A stretch of DNA of 64,000 bases from contig OZ176051.1 in assembly GCA_964247055.1 (NCBI GenBank), positions 744,001-808,000 on the forward strand, written 5' to 3'. Below, in pieces: positions 42,401 through 58,600 of this stretch. The position numbers and the translations under genes are program-made. The notes below the pieces were generated by a model, which saw nothing but the letters and a program-made list of their open reading frames with translations, was not told the origin of the DNA and did not search any database. Within the stretch, counting starts at the first letter, position 1. Each line of letters begins with the position of its first letter. The DNA is from Paragordius varius. Its lineage: Eukaryota; Animalia; Nematomorpha.

Positions 42401-44060
42401 ATCCATACTCAAGTTAAACTTTGTCCTTAAAAATCGGATATTGGTCACCGGTGAACAAAATTATTTTTTATACATTCTCTTAGTAAGACTACATCAAAAT
42501 ATAGAGATAGTTTGACAAACTCTTTCATATCCGATTTTTACAACGATACTTTAAAAATTATGGTATTAAACCAGTCGCATCAATATTCAAGTTAAACTTT
42601 GTCCTTAAAAATCGGATATTGATCACCGGTGAACAAAATTATTTTTTATACATTCTCTTAGTAAGACTACATCAAAATATAGAGATAGTTTGACAAATTC
42701 TTTCATATCCGATTTTTACAACGATACTTTACAAATTAATGTATTAAACTAGTCGTATCAATAAATCGCATCAATACTCAAGTTAAACTTTTTCCTTAAA
42801 AATCGGATATTGGTCACCGGTGAACAAAATTATTTTTTATTCATTCTCTTAGTAGGACTACATCAAAATATAGAGATAGTTTGGCAAACTCTTTCATATC
42901 CGATTTTTACAACGATACTTTAAAAATTAATGTATAAAACTAGTCGCATCAATACTCAAGTTAAACTTTGTCCTTAAAAATCGGATATTGGTCACCGGTG
43001 AACAAAATTATTTTATTTACATTCTCTTGGTAAGACTACATCAATAATAAAAAAATAGTTTGACAAACTCTTATATATCCGATTTTTACAACGATACTTT
43101 AAAAATTAATGTATTAAACTAGTCGCATCAATACTCAAGTTAAACTTATGTCCTTAAAAATCGGATATTGGTCACCGGTGAACAAAATTATTTTTTATAC
43201 ATTCTCTTAGTAACACTACATCAAAATATAGAGATAGTTTGACAAACTCTTTCATATCCGATTTTTACAACGATACTTTAAAAATTAATGTATAAAACTA
43301 GTCGCATCAATACTCAAGTTAACGTTGTCCTTAAAAATCGGATATTGGTCACCGGTGAACAAAATAATTTTTTATACATTCTCTTAGTAAGACTACATCA
43401 AAATATAGAGATAGTTTGACAAACTCTTTCATATCCGATTTTTACAACGATTCTTTAAAAATTAATATATAAAACTAGTCGCATCAATACTCAAGCTAAA
43501 CTTTGTCCTTAAAAATCGGATATTGGTCACCGGTGAACAAAATTATTTTTTATACATTCTCTTAGTAAGACTACATCAAAATATGGAGATAGTTTGACAA
43601 ACTCTTTCATATCCGATTTTTACAACGATACTTTAAAAATTATGGTATTAAACCAGTCGCATCAATACTCAAGTTAAACTTTGTCCTTAAAAATCGGATA
43701 TTGGTCACCTGTGAACAAAATTATTTTTTATACATTCTCTTAGTAAGACTACATCAAAATATAGAGATAGTTTGACAAACTCTTTCATATCCGATTTTTA
43801 CAACGATACTTTAAAAATTAATGTGTTAAACTAGTCGCATCCATACTCAAGTTAAACTTTGTCCTTAAAAATCGGATATTGGTCACCGGTGAACAAAATT
43901 ATTTTTTATACATTCTCTTAGTAAGACTACATCAAAATATAGAGATAGTTTGACAAACTCTTTCATATCCGATTTTTACAACGATACTTTAAAAATTAGG
44001 GTATTAAACCAGTCGCATCAATATTCAAGTTAAACTTTGTCCTTAAAAATCGGATATTGA
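39490..44060 (+). repeat. 9-mer/8-mer HOR, periods 1613 and 1435 bp, three copies
   Basis: ttacaaatta at 39681, 41294 and 42729; the variants cttatgtcc, gtaacactac, taacgttg, gattcttt, atggaga and cacctgtg repeat in order. Confidence 0.9.
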
Positions 44061-47000
44061 TCACCGGTGAACAAAATTATTTTTTATACATTCTCTTAGT
44101 AAGACTACATCAAAATATAGAGATAGTTTGACAAACTCTTTCATATCCGATTTTTACAACGATACTTTAAAAATTAATGTGTTAAACTAGTCGCATCCAT
44201 ACTCAAGTTAAACTTTGTCCTTAAAAATCGGATATTGGTCACCGGTGAACAAAATTATTTTTTATACATTCTCTTAGTAAGACTACATCAAAATATAGAG
44301 ATAGTTTGACAAACTCTTTCATATCCGATTTTTACAACGATACTTTAAAAATTATGGTATTAAACCAGTCGCATCAATATTCAAGTTAAACTTTGTCCTT
44401 AAAAATCGGATATTGATCACCGGTGAACAAAACTATTTTTTATACATTCTCTTAGTAAGACTACATCAAAATATAGAGATAATTTGACAAACTCTTTCAT
44501 ATCCGATTTTTACAACGATACTTTAAAAATAAATGTATATAACTAGGCGTATCAATAAATCGCATCAATACTCAAGTTAAACTTTGTCCTTAAAAATCGA
44601 ATATTGGTCAACGGTGAACAAAATTATTTTTTATACATTCTCTTAGGACTACATCAAAATATAGAAATAGTTTGACAAACTCTTTCATATGCGATTTTTA
44701 CAACGATACTTTAAAAATTAATGTGTTAAACTAGTCGCATCCATACTCAAGTTAAACTTTGTCCTTAAAAATCGGATATTGGTCACCGGTGAACAAAATT
44801 ATTTTTTATACATTCTCTTAGTAAGACTACATCAAAATATAGAGATAGTTTGACAAACTCTTTCATATCCGATTTTTACAACGATACTTTAAAAATTATG
44901 GTATTAAACCAGTCGCATCAATACTCAAGTTAAACTTTGTCCTTAAAAATCGGATATTGGTCACCTGTGAACAAAATTATTTTTTATACATTCTCTTAGT
45001 AAGACTACATCAAAATATAGAGATAGTTTGACAAACTCTTTCATATCCGATTTTTACAACGATACTTTAAAAATTAATGTGTTAAACTAGTCGCATCCAT
45101 ACTCAAGTTAAACTTTGTCCTTAAAAATCGGATATTGGTCACCGGTGAACAAAATTATTTTTTATACATTCTCTTAGTAAGACTACATCAAAATATAGAG
45201 ATAGTTTGACAAACTCTTTCATATCCGATTTTTACAACGATACTTTAAAAATTAGGGTATTAAACCAGTCGCATCAATATTCAAGTTAAACTTTGTCCTT
45301 AAAAATCGGATATTGATCACCGGTGAACAAAATTATTTTTTATACATTCTCTTAGTAAGACTACATCAAAATATAGAGATAGTTTGACAAACTCTTTCAT
45401 ATCCGATTTTTACAACGATACTTTAAAAATTAATGTGTTAAACTAGTCGCATCCATACTCAAGTTAAACTTTGTCCTTAAAAATCGGATATTGGTCACCG
45501 GTGAACAAAATTATTTTTTATACATTCTCTTAGTAAGACTACATCAAAATATAGAGATAGTTTGACAAACTCTTTCATATCCGATTTTTACAACGATACT
45601 TTAAAAATTATGGTATTAAACCAGTCGCATCAATATTCAAGTTAAACTTTGTCCTTAAAAATCGGATATTGATCACCGGTGAACAAAACTATTTTTTATA
45701 CATTCTCTTAGTAAGACTACATCAAAATATAGAGATAATTTGACAAACTCTTTCATATCCGATTTTTACAACGATACTTTAAAAATAAATGTATATAACT
45801 AGGCGTATCAATAAATCGCATCAATACTCAAGTTAAACTTTGTCCTTAAAAATCGAATATTGGTCAACGGTGAACAAAATTATTTTTTATACATTCTCTT
45901 AGGACTACATCAAAATATAGAAATAGTTTGACAAACTCTTTCATATGCGATTTTTACAACGATACTTTAAAAATTAATGTGTTAAACTAGTCGCATCCAT
46001 ACTCAAGTTAAACTTTGTCCTTAAAAATCGGATATTGGTCACCGGTGAACAAAATTATTTTTTATACATTCTCTTAGTAAGACTACATCAAAATATAGAG
46101 ATAGTTTGACAAACTCTTTCATATCCGATTTTTACAACGATACTTTAAAAATTATGGTATTAAACCAGTCGCATCAATATTCAAGTTAAACTTTGTCCTT
46201 AAAAATCGGATATTGATCACCGGTGAACAAAATTATTTTTTATACATTCTCTTAGTAAGACTACATCAAAATATAGAGATAGTTTGACAAACTCTTTCAT
46301 ATCCGATTTTTACAACGATACTTTAAAAATTAATGTGTTAAACTAGTCGCATCCATACTCAAGTTAAACTTTGTCCTTAAAAATCGGATATTGGTCACCG
46401 GTGAACAAAATTATTTTTTATACATTCTCTTAGTAAGACTACATCAAAATATAGAGATAGTTTGACAAACTCTTTCATATCCGATTTTTACAACGATACT
46501 TTAAAAATTATGGTATTAAACCAGTCGCATCAATATTCAAGTTAAACTTTGTCCTTAAAAATCGGATATTGATCACCGGTGAACAAAACTATTTTTTATA
46601 CATTCTCTTAGTAAGACTACATCAAAATATAGAGATAATTTGACAAACTCTTTCATATCCGATTTTTACAACGATACTTTAAAAATAAATGTATATAACT
46701 AGGCGTATCAATAAATCGCATCAATACTCAAGTTAAACTTTGTCCTTAAAAATCGAATATTGGTCAACGGTGAACAAAATTATTTTTTATACATTCTCTT
46801 AGGACTACATCAAAATATAGAAATAGTTTGACAAACTCTTTCATATGCGATTTTTACAACGATACTTTAAAAATTAATGTATTAAACTAGTCGCATCAAT
46901 ACTCAAGCTAAACATTGTCCTTAAAAATCGGATATTGGTCACCGGTGAACAAAATTATTTTTTATACATTCTCTTAGTAAGACTACATCAAAATATAGAG

Positions 47001-50000
47001 ATAGTTTGACAAACTCTTTCATATCCGATTTTTACAACGATACTTTAAAAATTAATGTATAAAACTAGTCGCATCAATACTCAAGTTAACCTTTGTCCTT
47101 AAAAATCGGATATTGGTCACCGGTGAACAAAATTATTTTTTATACATTCTCTTAGTAAGACTACATCAAAATATAGAGATAGTTTGACAAACTCTTTCAT
47201 ATCCGATTTTTACAACTATACTTTAAAAATTAGGGTATTAAACCAGTCGCATCAATATTCAAGTTAAACTTTGTCCTTAAAAATCGGATATTGATCACCG
47301 GTGAACAAAATTATTTTTTATACATTCTCTTAGTAAGACTACATCAAAATATAGAGATAGTTTGACAAACTCTTTCATATCCGATTTTTACAACGATACT
47401 TTAAAAATTATGGTATTAAACCAGTCGCATCAATATTCAAGTTAAACTTTGTCCTTAAAAATCGGATATTGATCACCGGTGAACAAAACTATTTTTTATA
47501 CATTCTCTTAGTAAGACTACATCAAAATATAGAGATAATTTGACAAACTCTTTCATATCCGATTTTTACAACGATACTTTAAAAATAAATGTATATAACT
47601 AGGCGTATCAATAAATCGCATCAATACTCAAGTTAAACTTTGTCCTTAAAAATCGAATATTGGTCAACGGTGAACAAAATTATTTTTTATACATTCTCTT
47701 AGGACTACATCAAAATATAGAAATAGTTTGACAAACTCTTTCATATGCGATTTTTACAACGATACTTTAAAAATTAATGTGTTAAACTAGTCGCATCCAT
47801 ACTCAAGTTAAACTTTGTCCTTAAAAATCGGATATTGGTCACCGGTGAACAAAATTATTTTTTATACATTCTCTTAGTAAGACTACATCAAAATATAGAG
47901 ATAGTTTGACAAACTCTTTCATATCCGATTTTTACAACGATACTTTAAAAATTATGGTATTAAACCAGTCGCATCAATATTCAAGTTAAACTTTGTCCTT
48001 AAAAATCGGATATTGATCACCGGTGAACAAAATTATTTTTTATACATTCTCTTAGTAAGACTACATCAAAATATAGAGATAGTTTGACAAACTCTTTCAT
48101 ATCCGATTTTTACAACGATACTTTAAAAATTAATGTGTTAAACTAGTCGCATCCATACTCAAGTTAAACTTTGTCCTTAAAAATCGGATATTGGTCACCG
48201 GTGAACAAAATTATTTTTTATACATTCTCTTAGTAAGACTACATCAAAATATAGAGATAGTTTGACAAACTCTTTCATATCCGATTTTTACAACGATACT
48301 TTAAAAATTATGGTATTAAACCAGTCGCATCAATATAGAAGTTAAACTTTGTCCTTAAAAATCGGATATTGATCACCGGTGAACAAAACTATTTTTTATA
48401 CATTCTCTTAGTAAGACTACATCAAAATATAGAGATAATTTGACAAACTCTTTCATATCCGATTTTTACAACGATACTTTAAAAATAAATGTATATAACT
48501 AGGCGTATCAATAAATCGCATCAATACTCAAGTTAAACTTTGTCCTTAAAAATCGAATATTGGTCAACGGTGAACAAAATTATTTTTTATACATTCTCTT
48601 AGGACTACATCAAAATATAGAAATAGTTTGACAAACTCTTTCATATGCGATTTTTACAACGATACTTTAAAAATTAATGTATTAAACTAGTCGCATCAAT
48701 ACTCAAGCTAAACATTGTCCTTAAAAATCGGATATTGGTCACCGGTGAACAAAATTATTTTTTATACATTCTCTTAGTAAGACTACATCAAAATATAGAG
48801 ATAGTTTGACAAACTCTTTCATATCCGATTTTTACAACGATACTTTAAAAATTAATGTATAAAACTAGTCGCATCAATACTCAAGTTAACCTTTGTCCTT
48901 AAAAATCGGATATTGGTCACCGGTGAACAAAATTATTTTTTATACATTCTCTTAGTAACACTACATCACAATATAGAGATAGTTTGACAAACTCTTTCAT
49001 ATCCGATTTTTACAACGATACTTTAAAAATTAATGTATAAAACTAGTCGCATCAATACTCAAGTTAACCTTTGTCCTTAAAAATCGGATATTGGTCACCG
49101 GTGAACAAAATTATTTTTTATACATTCTCTTAGTAAGACTACATCAAAATATAGAGATAGTTTGACAAACTCTTTCATATCCGATTTTTACAACGATACT
49201 TTAAAAATTAATGTGTTAAACTAGTCGCATCCATACTCAAGTTAAACTTTGTCCTTAAAAATCGGATATTGGTCACCGGTGAACAAAATTATTTTTTATA
49301 CATTCTCTTAGTAAGACTACATCAAAATATAGAGATAGTTTGACAAACTCTTTCATATCCGATTTTTACAACGATACTTTAAAAATTATGGTATTAAACC
49401 AGTCGCATCAATATTCAAGTTAAACTTTGTCCTTAAAAATCGGATATTGATCACCGGTGAACAAAACTATTTTTTATACATTCTCTTAGTAAGACTACAT
49501 CAAAATATAGAGATAATTTGACAAACTCTTTCATATCCGATTTTTACAACGATACTTTAAAAATAAATGTATATAACTAGGCGTATCAATAAATCGCATC
49601 AATACTCAAGTTAAACTTTGTCCTTAAAAATCGAATATTGGTCAACGGTGAACAAAATTATTTTTTATACATTCTCTTAGGACTACATCAAAATATAGAA
49701 ATAGTTTGACAAACTCTTTCATATGCGATTTTTACAACGATACTTTAAAAATTAATGTGTTAAACTAGTCGCATCCATACTCAAGTTAAACTTTGTCCTT
49801 AAAAATCGGATATTGGTCACCGGTGAACAAAATTATTTTTTATACATTCTCTTAGTAAGACTACATCAAAATATAGAGATAGTTTGACAAACTCTTTCAT
49901 ATCCGATTTTTACAACGATACTTTAAAAATTATGGTATTAAACCAGTCGCATCAATATTCAAGTTAAACTTTGTCCTTAAAAATCGGATATTGATCACCG

Positions 50001-53000
50001 GTGAACAAAATTATTTTTTATACATTCTCTTAGTAAGACTACATCAAAATATAGAGATAGTTTGACAAACTCTTTCATATCCGATTTTTACAACGATACT
50101 TTAAAAATTAATGTGTTAAACTAGTCGCATCCATACTCAAGTTAAACTTTGTCCTTAAAAATCGGATATTGGTCACCGGTGAACAAAATTATTTTTTATA
50201 CATTCTCTTAGTAAGACTACATCAAAATATAGAGATAGTTTGACAAACTCTTTCATATCCGATTTTTACAACGATACTTTAAAAATTATGGTATTAAACC
50301 AGTCGCATCAATATTCAAGTTAAACTTTGTCCTTAAAAATCGGATATTGATCACCGGTGAACAAAACTATTTTTTATACATTCTCTTAGTAAGACTACAT
50401 CAAAATATAGAGATAATTTGACAAACTCTTTCATATCCGATTTTTACAACGATACTTTAAAAATAAATGTATATAACTAGGCGTATCAATAAATCGCATC
50501 AATACTCAAGTTAAACTTTGTCCTTAAAAATCGAATATTGGTCAACGGTGAACAAAATTATTTTTTATACATTCTCTTAGGACTACATCAAAATATAGAA
50601 ATAGTTTGACAAACTCTTTCATATGCGATTTTTACAACGATACTTTAAAAATTAATGTATTAAACTAGTCGCATCAATACTCAAGCTAAACATTGTCCTT
50701 AAAAATCGGATATTGGTCACCGGTGAACAAAATTATTTTTTATACATTCTCTTAGTAAGACTACATCAAAATATAGAGATAGTTTGACAAACTCTTTCAT
50801 ATCCGATTTTTACAACGATACTTTAAAAATTAATGTATAAAACTAGTCGCATCAATACTCAAGTTAACCTTTGTCCTTAAAAATCGGATATTGGTCACCG
50901 GTGAACAAAATTATTTTTTATACATTCTCTTAGTAACACTACATCACAATATAGAGATAGTTTGACAAACTCTTTCATATCCGATTTTTACAACGATACT
51001 TTAAAAATTAATGTATAAAACTAGTCGCATCAATACTCAAGTTAACCTTTGTCCTTAAAAATCGGATATTGGTCACCGGTGAACAAAATTATTTTTTATA
51101 CATTCTCTTAGTAAGACTACATCAAAATATAGAGATAGTTTGACAAACTCTTTCATATCCGATTTTTACAACGATACTTTAAAAATTAATGTGTTAAACT
51201 AGTCGCATCCATACTCAAGTTAAACTTTGTCCTTAAAAATCGGATTTTGGTCACCGGTGAACAAAATTATTTTTTATACATTCTCTTAGTAAGACTACAT
51301 CAAAATATAGAGATAGTTTGACAAACTCTTTCATATCCGATTTTTACAACGATACTTTAAAAATTATGGTATTAAACCAGTCGCATCAATATTCAAGTTA
51401 AACTTTGTCCTTAAAAATCGGATATTGATCACCGGTGAACAAAACTATTTTTTATACATTCTCTTAGTAAGACTACATCAAAATATAGAGATAATTTGAC
51501 AAACTCTTTCATATCCGATTTTTACAACGATACTTTAAAAATAAATGTATAAAACTAGGCGTATCAATAAATCGCATCAATACTCAAGTTAAACTTTGTC
51601 CTTAAAAATCGAATATTGGTCACCGGTGAACAAAATTATTTTTTATACATTCTCTTAGGACTACATCAAAATATAGAAATAGTTTGACAAACTCTTTCAT
51701 ATGCGATTTTTACAACGATACTTTAAAAATTAATGTATAAAACTAGTCGCATCAATACTCAAGCTAAACTTTGTCCTTAAAAATCGGATATTGGTCACCG
51801 GTGAACAAAATTATTTTTTATACATTCTCTTAGTAAGACTACATCAAAATATAGAGATAGTTTGACAAACTCTTTCATATCCGATTTTTACAACGATACT
51901 TTAAAAATTAATGTGTTAAACTAGTCGCATCCATACTCAAGTTAAACTTTGTCCTTAAAAATCGGATATTGATCACCGGTGAACAAAATTATTTTTTATA
52001 CATTCTCTTAGTAAGACTACATCAAAATATAGAGATAGTTTGACAAACTCTTTCATATCCGATTTTTACAACGATACTTTAAAAATTAATGTGTTAAACT
52101 AGTCGCATCCATACTCAAGTTAAACTTTGTCCTTAAAAATCGGATATTGGTCACCGGTGAACAAAATTATTTTTTATACATTCTCTTAGTAAGACTACAT
52201 CAAAATATAGAGATAGTTTGACAAACTCTTTCATATCCGATTTTTACAACGATACTTTAAAAATTATGGTATTAAACCAGTCGCATCAATATTCAAGTTA
52301 AACTTTGTCCTTAAAAATCGGATATTGATCACCGGTGAACAAAACTATTTTTTATACATTCTCTTAGTAAGACTACATCAAAATATAGAGATAATTTGAC
52401 AAACTCTTTCATATCCGATTTTTACAACGATACTTTAAAAATAAATGTATATAACTAGGCGTATCAATAAATCGCATCAATACTCAAGTTAAACTTTGTC
52501 CTTAAAAATCGAATATTGGTCAACGGTGAACAAAATTATTTTTTATACATTCTCTTAGGACTACATCAAAATATAGAAATAGTTTGACAAACTCTTTCAT
52601 ATGCGATTTTTACAACGATACTTTAAAAATTAATGTATTAAACTAGTCGCATCAATACTCAAGCTAAACATTGTCCTTAAAAATCGGATATTGGTCACCG
52701 GTGAACAAAATTATTTTTTATACATTCTCTTAGTAAGACTACATCAAAATATAGAGATAGTTTGACAAACTCTTTCATATCCGATTTTTACAACGATACT
52801 TTAAAAATTAATGTATAAAACTAGTCGCATCAATACTCAAGTTAACCTTTGTCCTTAAAAATCGGATATTGGTCACCGGTGAACAAAATTATTTTTTATA
52901 CATTCTCTTAGTAACACTACATCACAATATAGAGATAGTTTGACAAACTCTTTCATATCCGATTTTTACAACGATACTTTAAAAATTAATGTATAAAACT

Positions 53001-53600
53001 AGTCGCATCAATACTCAAGTTAACCTTTGTCCTTAAAAATCGGATATTGGTCACCGGTGAACAAAATTATTTTTTATACATTCTCTTAGTAAGACTACAT
53101 CAAAATATAGAGATAGTTTGACAAACTCTTTCATATCCGATTTTTACAACGATACTTTAAAAATTATGGTATTAAACCAGTCGCATCAATATTCAAGTTA
53201 AACTTTGTCCTTAAAAATCGGATATTGATCACCGGTGAACAAAACTATTTTTTATACATTCTCTTAGTAAGACTACATCAAAATATAGAGATAATTTGAC
53301 AAACTCTTTCATATCCGATTTTTACAACGATACTTTAAAAATAAATGTATAAAACTAGGCGTATCAATAAATCGCATCAATACTCAAGTTAAACTTTGTC
53401 CTTAAAAATCGAATATTGGTCACCGGTGAACAAAATTATTTTTTATACATTCTCTTAGGACTACATCAAAATATAGAAATAGTTTGACAAACTCTTTCAT
53501 ATGCGATTTTTACAACGATACTTTAAAAATTAATGTATAAAACTAGTCGCATCAATACTCAAGCTAAACTTTGTCCTTAAAAATCGGATATTGGTCACCG
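43800..53600 (+). repeat. Nested HOR domain: 356-bp dimer, 900-bp pentamer, 1078-bp hexamer, 1978-bp 11-mer
   Basis: ccatac at 43841/44197 (356 apart); gtca-acggtg at 44611, 45867, 46767, 47667, 48567, 49645, 50545 and 52523. Confidence 0.9.
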
Positions 53601-55699
53601 GTGAACAAAATTATTTTTTATACATACTCTTAGTAAGACTACATCAAAATATAGAGATAGTTTTACAAACTCTTTCATATCCTTACAACGATACTTTAAA
53701 AATTAATGTGTTAAACTAGTCGCATCCATACTCAAGTTAAACTTTGTCCTTAAAAATCGGATATTGGTCACCGGTGAACCAAATTATTTTTTATACATTC
53801 TCTTAGTAAGACTACATCAAAATATGGAGATAGTTTGACAAACTCTTTCATATCCGATTTTTACAACGATACTTTAAAAATTATGGTATTAAACCAGTCG
53901 CATCAATACTCAAGTTAAACTTTGTCCTTAAAAATCGGATATTGGTCACCTGTGAACAAAATTATTTTTTATACATTCTCTTAGTAGGACTACATCAAAA
54001 TATAGAGATAGTTTGGCAAACTCTTTCATATCCGATTTTTACAACGATACTTTAAATATTAATGTATTAAACTAGTCGCATCAATACTCAAGTTAAACTT
54101 TGTCCTTAAAAATCGGATATTGTTCACGGGTGAACTAAATTATTTTTATACATTCTCTTAGCAAGACTACATCAAAATATAGAGATAGTTTGACAAATTC
54201 TTTCATATCCGATTTTTACAACGATACTTTAAAAATTAATGTATAAAACTAGTCGCATCAATACTCAAGCTAAACATTGTCCTTAAAATTCGGATATTGG
54301 TCACCGGTGAACAAAACTATTTTTTATACATTCCCTTAGTAAGACTACATCAAAATATAGAGATAGTTTGACAAACTCTTTCATATCCGATTTTTACAAC
54401 GATATTTAAAAATTAATATATAAAACTAGTCGTATCAATAAATCGCATACACACTCAAGTTAAACTTTGTCCTTAAAAATCGGATATTGGTCAACCGGTG
54501 AACAAAATTATTTTTTATACATTCTCTTAGTAGGACTACATCAAAATATAGAGATAGTTTGGCAAACTCTTTCATATCCGATTTTTACAACGATACTTTA
54601 AAAATTATGGTATTAAACCAGTCGCATCAATACTCAAGTTAAACGTTGTCCTTAAAAATCGGATATTGGTCACCGGTGAACAAAACTATTTTTTATACAT
54701 TCTCTTAGTAAGACTACATCAAAATATAGAGATAATTTGACAAACTCTTTCATATCCGATTTTTACAACGATACTTTAAAAATAAATGTATAAAACTAGG
54801 TCTATCAATAAATCGCATCAATACTCAAGTTAAACTTTGTCCTTAAAAATCGGATATTGGTCACCGGTGAACAAAATTATTTTTTATACATTCTCTTAGT
54901 AGGACGACTACATCAAAATATACAGATAGTTTGGCAAACTGTTTCATATCCGATTTTTACAACGATACTTTAAACATTAATGTATAAAACTAGTCGCATC
55001 AATACTCAAGTTAAACTTTGTCCTTAAAAATCGAATATTGGTCACCGGTGAACAAAATTATTTTTTATACATTCTCTTAGTAGGACTACATCAAAATATA
55101 GAGATAGTTTGGCAAACTCTTTCATATGCGATTTTTACAACGATACTTTAAAAATTAATGTATTAAACTAGTCGCATCAATACTCAAGCTAAACATTGTC
55201 CTTAAAAATCGGATATTGGTTACCGGTGAACAAAACTATTTTTTATACATTCTCTTAGTAAGACTACATCGAAATATAGAGATAGTTTGACAAACTCTTT
55301 CATATCCGATTTTTACAATGATACTTTAAAAATAATGGTATTAAACCAGTCGCATCAATACTCAAGTTAAACTTTGTCCTTAAAAATCGGATATTGGTCA
55401 CCGGTGAACAAAACTATTTTTTATACATTCTCTTAGTAAGACTACATCAAAATATAGAGATAATTTGACAAACTCTTTCATATCCGATTTTTACAACGAT
55501 ACTTTAAAAATAAATGTATAAAACTAGGCGTATCAATAAATCGCATCAATACTCAAGTTAAACTTTGTCCTTAAAAATCGGATATTGGTCACCGGTTAAC
55601 AAAATTATTTTTTATACATTCTCTTAGTAGGACGACTACATCAAAATATAGAAATAGTTTGACAAACTCTTTCATATCCGATTTTTACAACGATACTTT

Positions 55700-58600
55700 A
55701 AAAATTAATGTATTAAACTAGTCGCATCAATACTCAAGTTAAACTTTGTCCTTAAAAATCGGATATTGTTCACCGGTGAACAAAATTATTTTTTATACAT
55801 TCTCTTAGCAAGACTACATCAAAATATAGAGATAGTTTGACATACTCTTTCATATCCGATTTTTACAACGATACTTTAAAAATTAATGTATAAAAGTAGT
55901 CGCATCAATACTCAAGTTAAACTTTGTCCTTAAAAATCGGATATTGGTCACCGGTGAACAAAATTATTTTATTTACATTCTCTTGGTAAGACTACATAAA
56001 TAATAAAAAAATAGTTTGACAAACTCTTTCATATCCGATTTTTACAACGATACTTTAAAAATTAATGTATTAAACTAGTCGCATCAATACTCAAGTTAAA
56101 CTTTGTCCTTAAAAATCGGATATTGTTCACCGGTGAACAAAATTATTTTTTATACATTCTCTTAGTAAGACTACATCAAAATATAGAGATAGTTTGGCAA
56201 ACTCTTTCATATTCGATTTTTACAACGATACTTTAAAAATTATGGTATTAAACCAGTCGCATCAAAACTCAAGTTAAACTTTGTCCTTAAAAATCGGATA
56301 TTGGTCATCGGTGAACAAAATTATTTTTTATACATTCTCTTAGTAAGACTACATCAAAATATAGAGATAGTTTGACAAACTCTTTCATATCCGATTTTTA
56401 CAACGATACTTTAAAAATTAATATATAAAACTAGTCGCATTAATACTCAAGTTAAACTTTGTCCTTAAAAATCGGATATTGTTCACCGGTGAACAAAATT
56501 ATTTTTTATACATTCTCTTAGTAAGACTACATCAAAATATAGAGATAGTTTGGCAAACTCTTTCATATTCGATTTTTACAACGATACTTTAAAAATTATG
56601 GTATTAAACCAGTCGCATCAATACTCAAGTTAAACTTTGTCCTTAAAAATCGGATATTGGTCACCCGTGAACAAAATTATTTTTTATACATTCTCTTGGT
56701 AAGACTACATCAAAATATGGAGATAGTTTAACAAACTCTTTCATATCCGATTTTTACAACGATACTTTAAAAATTATGGTATTAAACCAGTCGCATCAAA
56801 ACTCAAGTTAAACTTTGTCCTTAAAAATCGGATATTGGTCATCGGTGAACAAAATTATTTTTTATACATTCTCTTAGTAAGACTACATCAAAATATAGAG
56901 ATAGTTTGACAAACTCTTTCATATCCGATTTTTACAACGATACTTTAAAAATTAATATATAAAACTAGTCGCATCAATACTCAAGTTAAACTATGTCCTT
57001 AAAAATCGGATATGGGTCACCGGTGAACAAAATTATTTTTTATACATTCTCTTAGTAAGACTACATCAAAATATAGAGATAGTTTGACAAACTCTTTCAT
57101 ATCCGATTTTTACAACGATACTTTAAAAATTAATGTGTTAAACTAGTCGCATCAATACTCAAGTTAAACTTTGTCCTTAAAAATCGGATATTGGTCACCG
57201 GTGAACAAAATTATTTTTTATATATTCTCTTAGTAAGACTACATCAAAATATAGAGATAGTTTGACAAATTCTTTCATATCCGATTTTTACAACGATACT
57301 TTACAAATTAATGTATTAAACTAGTCGTATCAATAAATCGCATCAATACTCAAGTTAAACTTTTTCCTTAAAAATCGGATATTGGTCACCCGTGAACAAA
57401 ATTATTTTTTATTCATTCTCTTAGTAGGACTACATCAAAATATAGAGATAGTTTGGCAAACTCTTTCATATCCGATTTTTACAACGATACTTTAAAAATT
57501 AATGTATAAAACTAGTCGCATCAATACTCAAGTTAAACTTTGTCCTTAAAAATCGGATATTGGTCACCGGTGAACAAAATTATTTTATTTACATTCTCTT
57601 GGTAAGACTACATCAATAATAAAAAAATAGTTTGACAAACTCTTTCATATCCGATTTTTACAACGATACTTTAAAAATTAATGTATTAAACTAGTCGCAT
57701 CAATACTCAAGTTAAACTTTGTCCTTAAAAATCGGATATTGGTCACCGGTGAACAAAATTATTTTTTATACATTCTCTTAGTAACACTACATCAAAATAT
57801 AGAGATAGTTTGACAAACTCTTTCATATCCGATTTTTACAACGATACTTTAAAAATTAATGTATAAAACTAGTCGCATCAATACTCAAGTTAACGTTGTC
57901 CTTAAAAATCGGATATTGGTCACCGGTGAACAAAATTATTTTTTATACATTCTCTTAGTAAGACTACATCAAAATATAGAGATAGTTTGACAAACTCTTT
58001 CATATCCGATTTTTACAACGATTCTTTAAAAATTAATATATAAAACTAGTCGCATCAATACTCAAGCTAAACTTTGTCCTTAAAAATCGGATATTGGTCA
58101 CCGGTGAACAAAATTATTTTTTATACATTCTCTTAGTAAGACTACATCAAAATATGGAGATAGTTTGACAAACTCTTTCATATCCGATTTTTACAACGAT
58201 ACTTTAAAAATTATGGTATTAAACCAGTCGCATCAATACTCAAGTTAAACTTTGTCCTTAAAAATCGGATATTGGTCACCTGTGAACAAAATTATTTTTT
58301 ATACATTCTCTTAGTAAGACTACATCAAAATATAGAGATAGTTTGACAAACTCTTTCATATCCGATTTTTACAACGATACTTTAAAAATTAATGTGTTAA
58401 ACTAGTCGCATCCATACTCAAGTTAAACTTTGTCCTTAAAAATCGGATATTGGTCACCGGTGAACAAAATTATTTTTTATACATTCTCTTAGTAAGACTA
58501 CATCAAAATATAGAGATAGTTTGACAAACTCTTTCATATCCGATTTTTACAACGATACTTTAAAAATTATGGTATTAAACCAGTCGCATCAATATTCAAG

